Positions 23,707 to 25,377 of a stretch of 25,377 nucleotides of DNA are shown one piece after another; the stretch's first letter is position 1, and each line of letters begins with the position of its first letter. Both the position numbers and the translations under genes were made by a program. The notes beneath the pieces were generated by a model that was not told the DNA's origin, did no database searches, and worked only from the letters and a program-made list of their open reading frames with translations. Origin of the DNA: Deinococcus radiodurans R1 = ATCC 13939 = DSM 20539 (GTDB taxonomy: Bacteria > Deinococcota > Deinococci > Deinococcales > Deinococcaceae); contig NC_001263.1 of assembly GCF_000008565.1 (NCBI RefSeq), positions 949,067 through 974,443 on the forward strand, written 5' to 3'.

Positions 23707-24897
23707 ATGCCAGTTTCCCAGTCGCTGTGTCAGTCGCCGTGTCAGTGGCCCGCCTGTTCGCCTTCCGCCGCCTCGCCTTTTCGCCTGCCGCGCCTGGCGC
23801 TCGGGATGCTGGCGCTCCTGGCCGGCAGCGCGGGCTGGCCTGGTGCTGCGGCCCAGAGTGCGCCCGCCGTCCGCACCCTGCCTTCGGCCCGCTCGGTGCC
23901 GGCGCTGCCGGTCAATGCGCTGCCGGCAGCGGCCCCGGCGCCATCGGGCCTGCCCGCGTCGCTGCTGTCCTCGCTGTCGTCGCTCAACCTGATTCCCATC
24001 GGCTCGGAGCGGCTGGAAGTGCTGGGCGTGGCCCCTGACGCGCTCGCCGGAACGCCGGGGAACCCCCAGGGGGCGCTTCTGGCGGTGCGCGGGGTGGGCG
24101 GGAACGCTGTGGAGCTCTACGACGCTGCCAGCGGCCAACTGCGCCGCACGGTGCGCCTGCCCCCGGAAGTGCTGCTGAACGTGGCCCCGGCCATCAGCCC
24201 CGACGGGCGCTGGCTGGCGGTGGCGATTCAGACCGAGGCGGCGACGGGCGAAGGGCGGCTCGGCCTGCTGTCCACCACCGACCCGGTGTACCGCTTTTTC
24301 CTGAAATCCGCCGGGCTGAGCGGCACGAGCGCCCTCGCCTTCAGCCCCGATGGCACCCGGCTGGCGGTGGGCAACCGCAACGGCTACGCGCAACTGTGGA
24401 ACCTCGACACCCGCGAGCGCCTGAGCACCGTCAAGGGCAAGGGGGTGCCGCTCAACCTCGCGTTTAGCCCCGACGGCAAGCTGTTCCTCCCCCACTTCCT
24501 GGGCCAGAAGAGTGCCACCCTCATCAGCGCCAGCACCGGGCAGCCGCTGGGCGCACTGGTGGATGGCTCGGGTGAGCTGGCGGTGCCGGGCCTGCTCGTT
24601 GGTGCCGGGGGCCGCGCCCTGGCCTTGCCATCGGGGACGCCGACGCCGCTGCCGGCGTATCTGGCGGGTGGCGCGGTCCTCGCCGGGTTCGACCGCCAGC
24701 GGACGCGGGTGCTGGTGCAGTTGCCGGTCGGGCCCGAGTGGCTGGTGCTGGAGCTGCGTGACGTGCTCACGGGCGCTCCGCTGGGGCAATGGGTGTTGCC
24801 CGCCGCCTTTGCGAACGCGCCGAGGTTGTTGCCGAGTGGGCAGCATGCGCTGATTGGGGATGGGACGGGGGGGCTGCGGCTTTTGACGCTGAAGTGA
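23707..24897 (+). CDS. Secreted PD40/WD40-like beta-propeller protein
   Basis: The hydrophobic signal region is 'RLALGMLALLAGSAGWPGAAAQ'. PD40-type motifs repeat: 'ISPDGRWLAVA', 'FSPDGTRLAVG...LWNL' and 'FSPDGKLFL'. GC3 is high, and the antisense ORF is Arg/Pro-rich nonsense. The start is uncertain, and ATG 23806 is an alternative. Confidence 0.7.
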   Translation: MPVSQSLCQSPCQWPACSPSAASPFRLPRLALGMLALLAGSAGWPGAAAQSAPAVRTLPSARSVPALPVNALPAAAPAPSGLPASLLSSLSSLNLIPIGSERLEVLGVAPDALAGTPGNPQGALLAVRGVGGNAVELYDAASGQLRRTVRLPPEVLLNVAPAISPDGRWLAVAIQTEAATGEGRLGLLSTTDPVYRFFLKSAGLSGTSALAFSPDGTRLAVGNRNGYAQLWNLDTRERLSTVKGKGVPLNLAFSPDGKLFLPHFLGQKSATLISASTGQPLGALVDGSGELAVPGLLVGAGGRALALPSGTPTPLPAYLAGGAVLAGFDRQRTRVLVQLPVGPEWLVLELRDVLTGAPLGQWVLPAAFANAPRLLPSGQHALIGDGTGGLRLLTLK

Positions 24898-24907
24898 TGG
24901 GGTTGAT

Positions 24908-25214
24908 GGGTTGGGCTTTGGCTTCAGCTTTGAGCCCCAACCCCAAACCCCTATCCCCAGCGGGGACAGGGGCTTTAACGCTGGCGCTGTGCAAATGGCG
25001 GTGATGGCGCTTGTTTCACGATGTTCCACAGTTGCGTGGGCGGTCTGGACGGCTGGATTTTCCAAGTCGTGTCAGGCCCGTGCGCCTTCAGCGCCCGACG
25101 GCCCTGGCGTTCTGCGTTTTTCTGTTTGGTGTGGGGCAGCAAAAAGAAGGCTAGAGCAGAAGCGCGTTTCTGACCCTCGCCCCTTGCGGGAGAGGGCCTT
25201 TGCTTTAGCAAAGG
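24908..25214. repeat. Cluster of GC-rich hairpins in a convergent intergenic region (REP/SNR-like, family not established)
   Basis: Four hairpins are visible. (1) GGGTTGGGCT...AGCCCCAACCC at 24908-24943. (2) CCCCTATCCCC-agc-GGGGACAGGGG at 24948-24972. (3) CCCTCGCCC-cttgc-GGGAGAGGG at 25174-25196. (4) CCTTTGC-ttta-GCAAAGG at 25197-25214. Confidence 0.4.
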
Positions 25215-25269
25215 GGTGACTCGAAGAGCTGCTTGCAGAGGGGGCGTCCAGACCAACCTCCCCGAAACC

Positions 25270-25377
25270 TCACCCCCCCAACCCCTCCCAGTACGCCACC
25301 AAATCCGGCGCGAGGGGCACTTCCACCGCCATCTGCGCCCCAGCCCAGGGAAAGGCGATACGGGCGGCGTGCAGCGC
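25270..25377 (-). CDS. 3' end of an unidentified CDS continuing beyond the window
   Basis: The minus-strand frame is open from the window edge: '...[35 protein letters not shown]'. The TGA is at 25272-25270. GC3 is high. The fragment is too short to assign a family. Confidence 0.4.
   Translation of the reverse strand, partial: ALHAARIAFPWAGAQMAVEVPLAPDLVAYWEGLGG

Noticed and set aside
24911-25256. ORFs 24911..25219 (plus strand) and 24975..25256 (minus strand) in the right-hand intergenic gap
   Set aside because: They overlap each other on opposite strands and run through hairpin repeats. They have mixed codon bias, no start signals and low-complexity products.

Overview
High-GC bacterial chromosomal segment (by eye about two-thirds G+C, not computed). 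Gene content and signals look like Deinococcus: an HspR-type repressor, many start codons preceded by a -10-like hexamer at leaderless spacing, and a small structured non-coding repeat. The gene order matches my unverifiable recollection of the D. radiodurans chromosome I region running from hspR to sdhCDAB. I call 28 CDS, almost all core housekeeping. Plus strand: hspR (5' end probably cut by the window), a PPP-type metallophosphoesterase, rlmN, a translationally coupled TPR / SPOR / rex / lipoprotein operon, trpBA, trxA, a small unknown ORF, a CUT2-type double ABC ATPase, and a PD40 beta-propeller protein. Minus strand: a DUF309 gene, a three-gene hydrolase operon (isochorismatase-like / M42 peptidase / YdeN-like serine hydrolase), a CPGC thioredoxin-fold protein, a membrane-anchored hypothetical, ndh (NDH-2), sdhCDAB, a PAP2 phosphatase, two Opp/Dpp-type permeases, and a partial CDS at the right edge. 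I found no rRNA, tRNA, CRISPR array, transposase, integrase or recognisable defence or toxin genes, so I do not see a clear novel multi-gene system. The most interesting signals are regulatory or architectural. (1) A near-consensus Rex operator sits on the probable -10/5'UTR of ndh, with rex itself encoded 8 kb away. (2) rex is embedded by stop/start overlaps between envelope genes. (3) A nucleotide-level duplication suggests the HspR ORF is a tandem MerR module continuing upstream of the window. (4) TANNNT hexamers lie 6-8 nt upstream of nine start codons, which helps fix those starts. (5) There are several strongly structured non-coding stretches: 2719-3045, 9557-9692 and 24898-25269. The many long ORFs antisense to these genes are high-GC artefacts.
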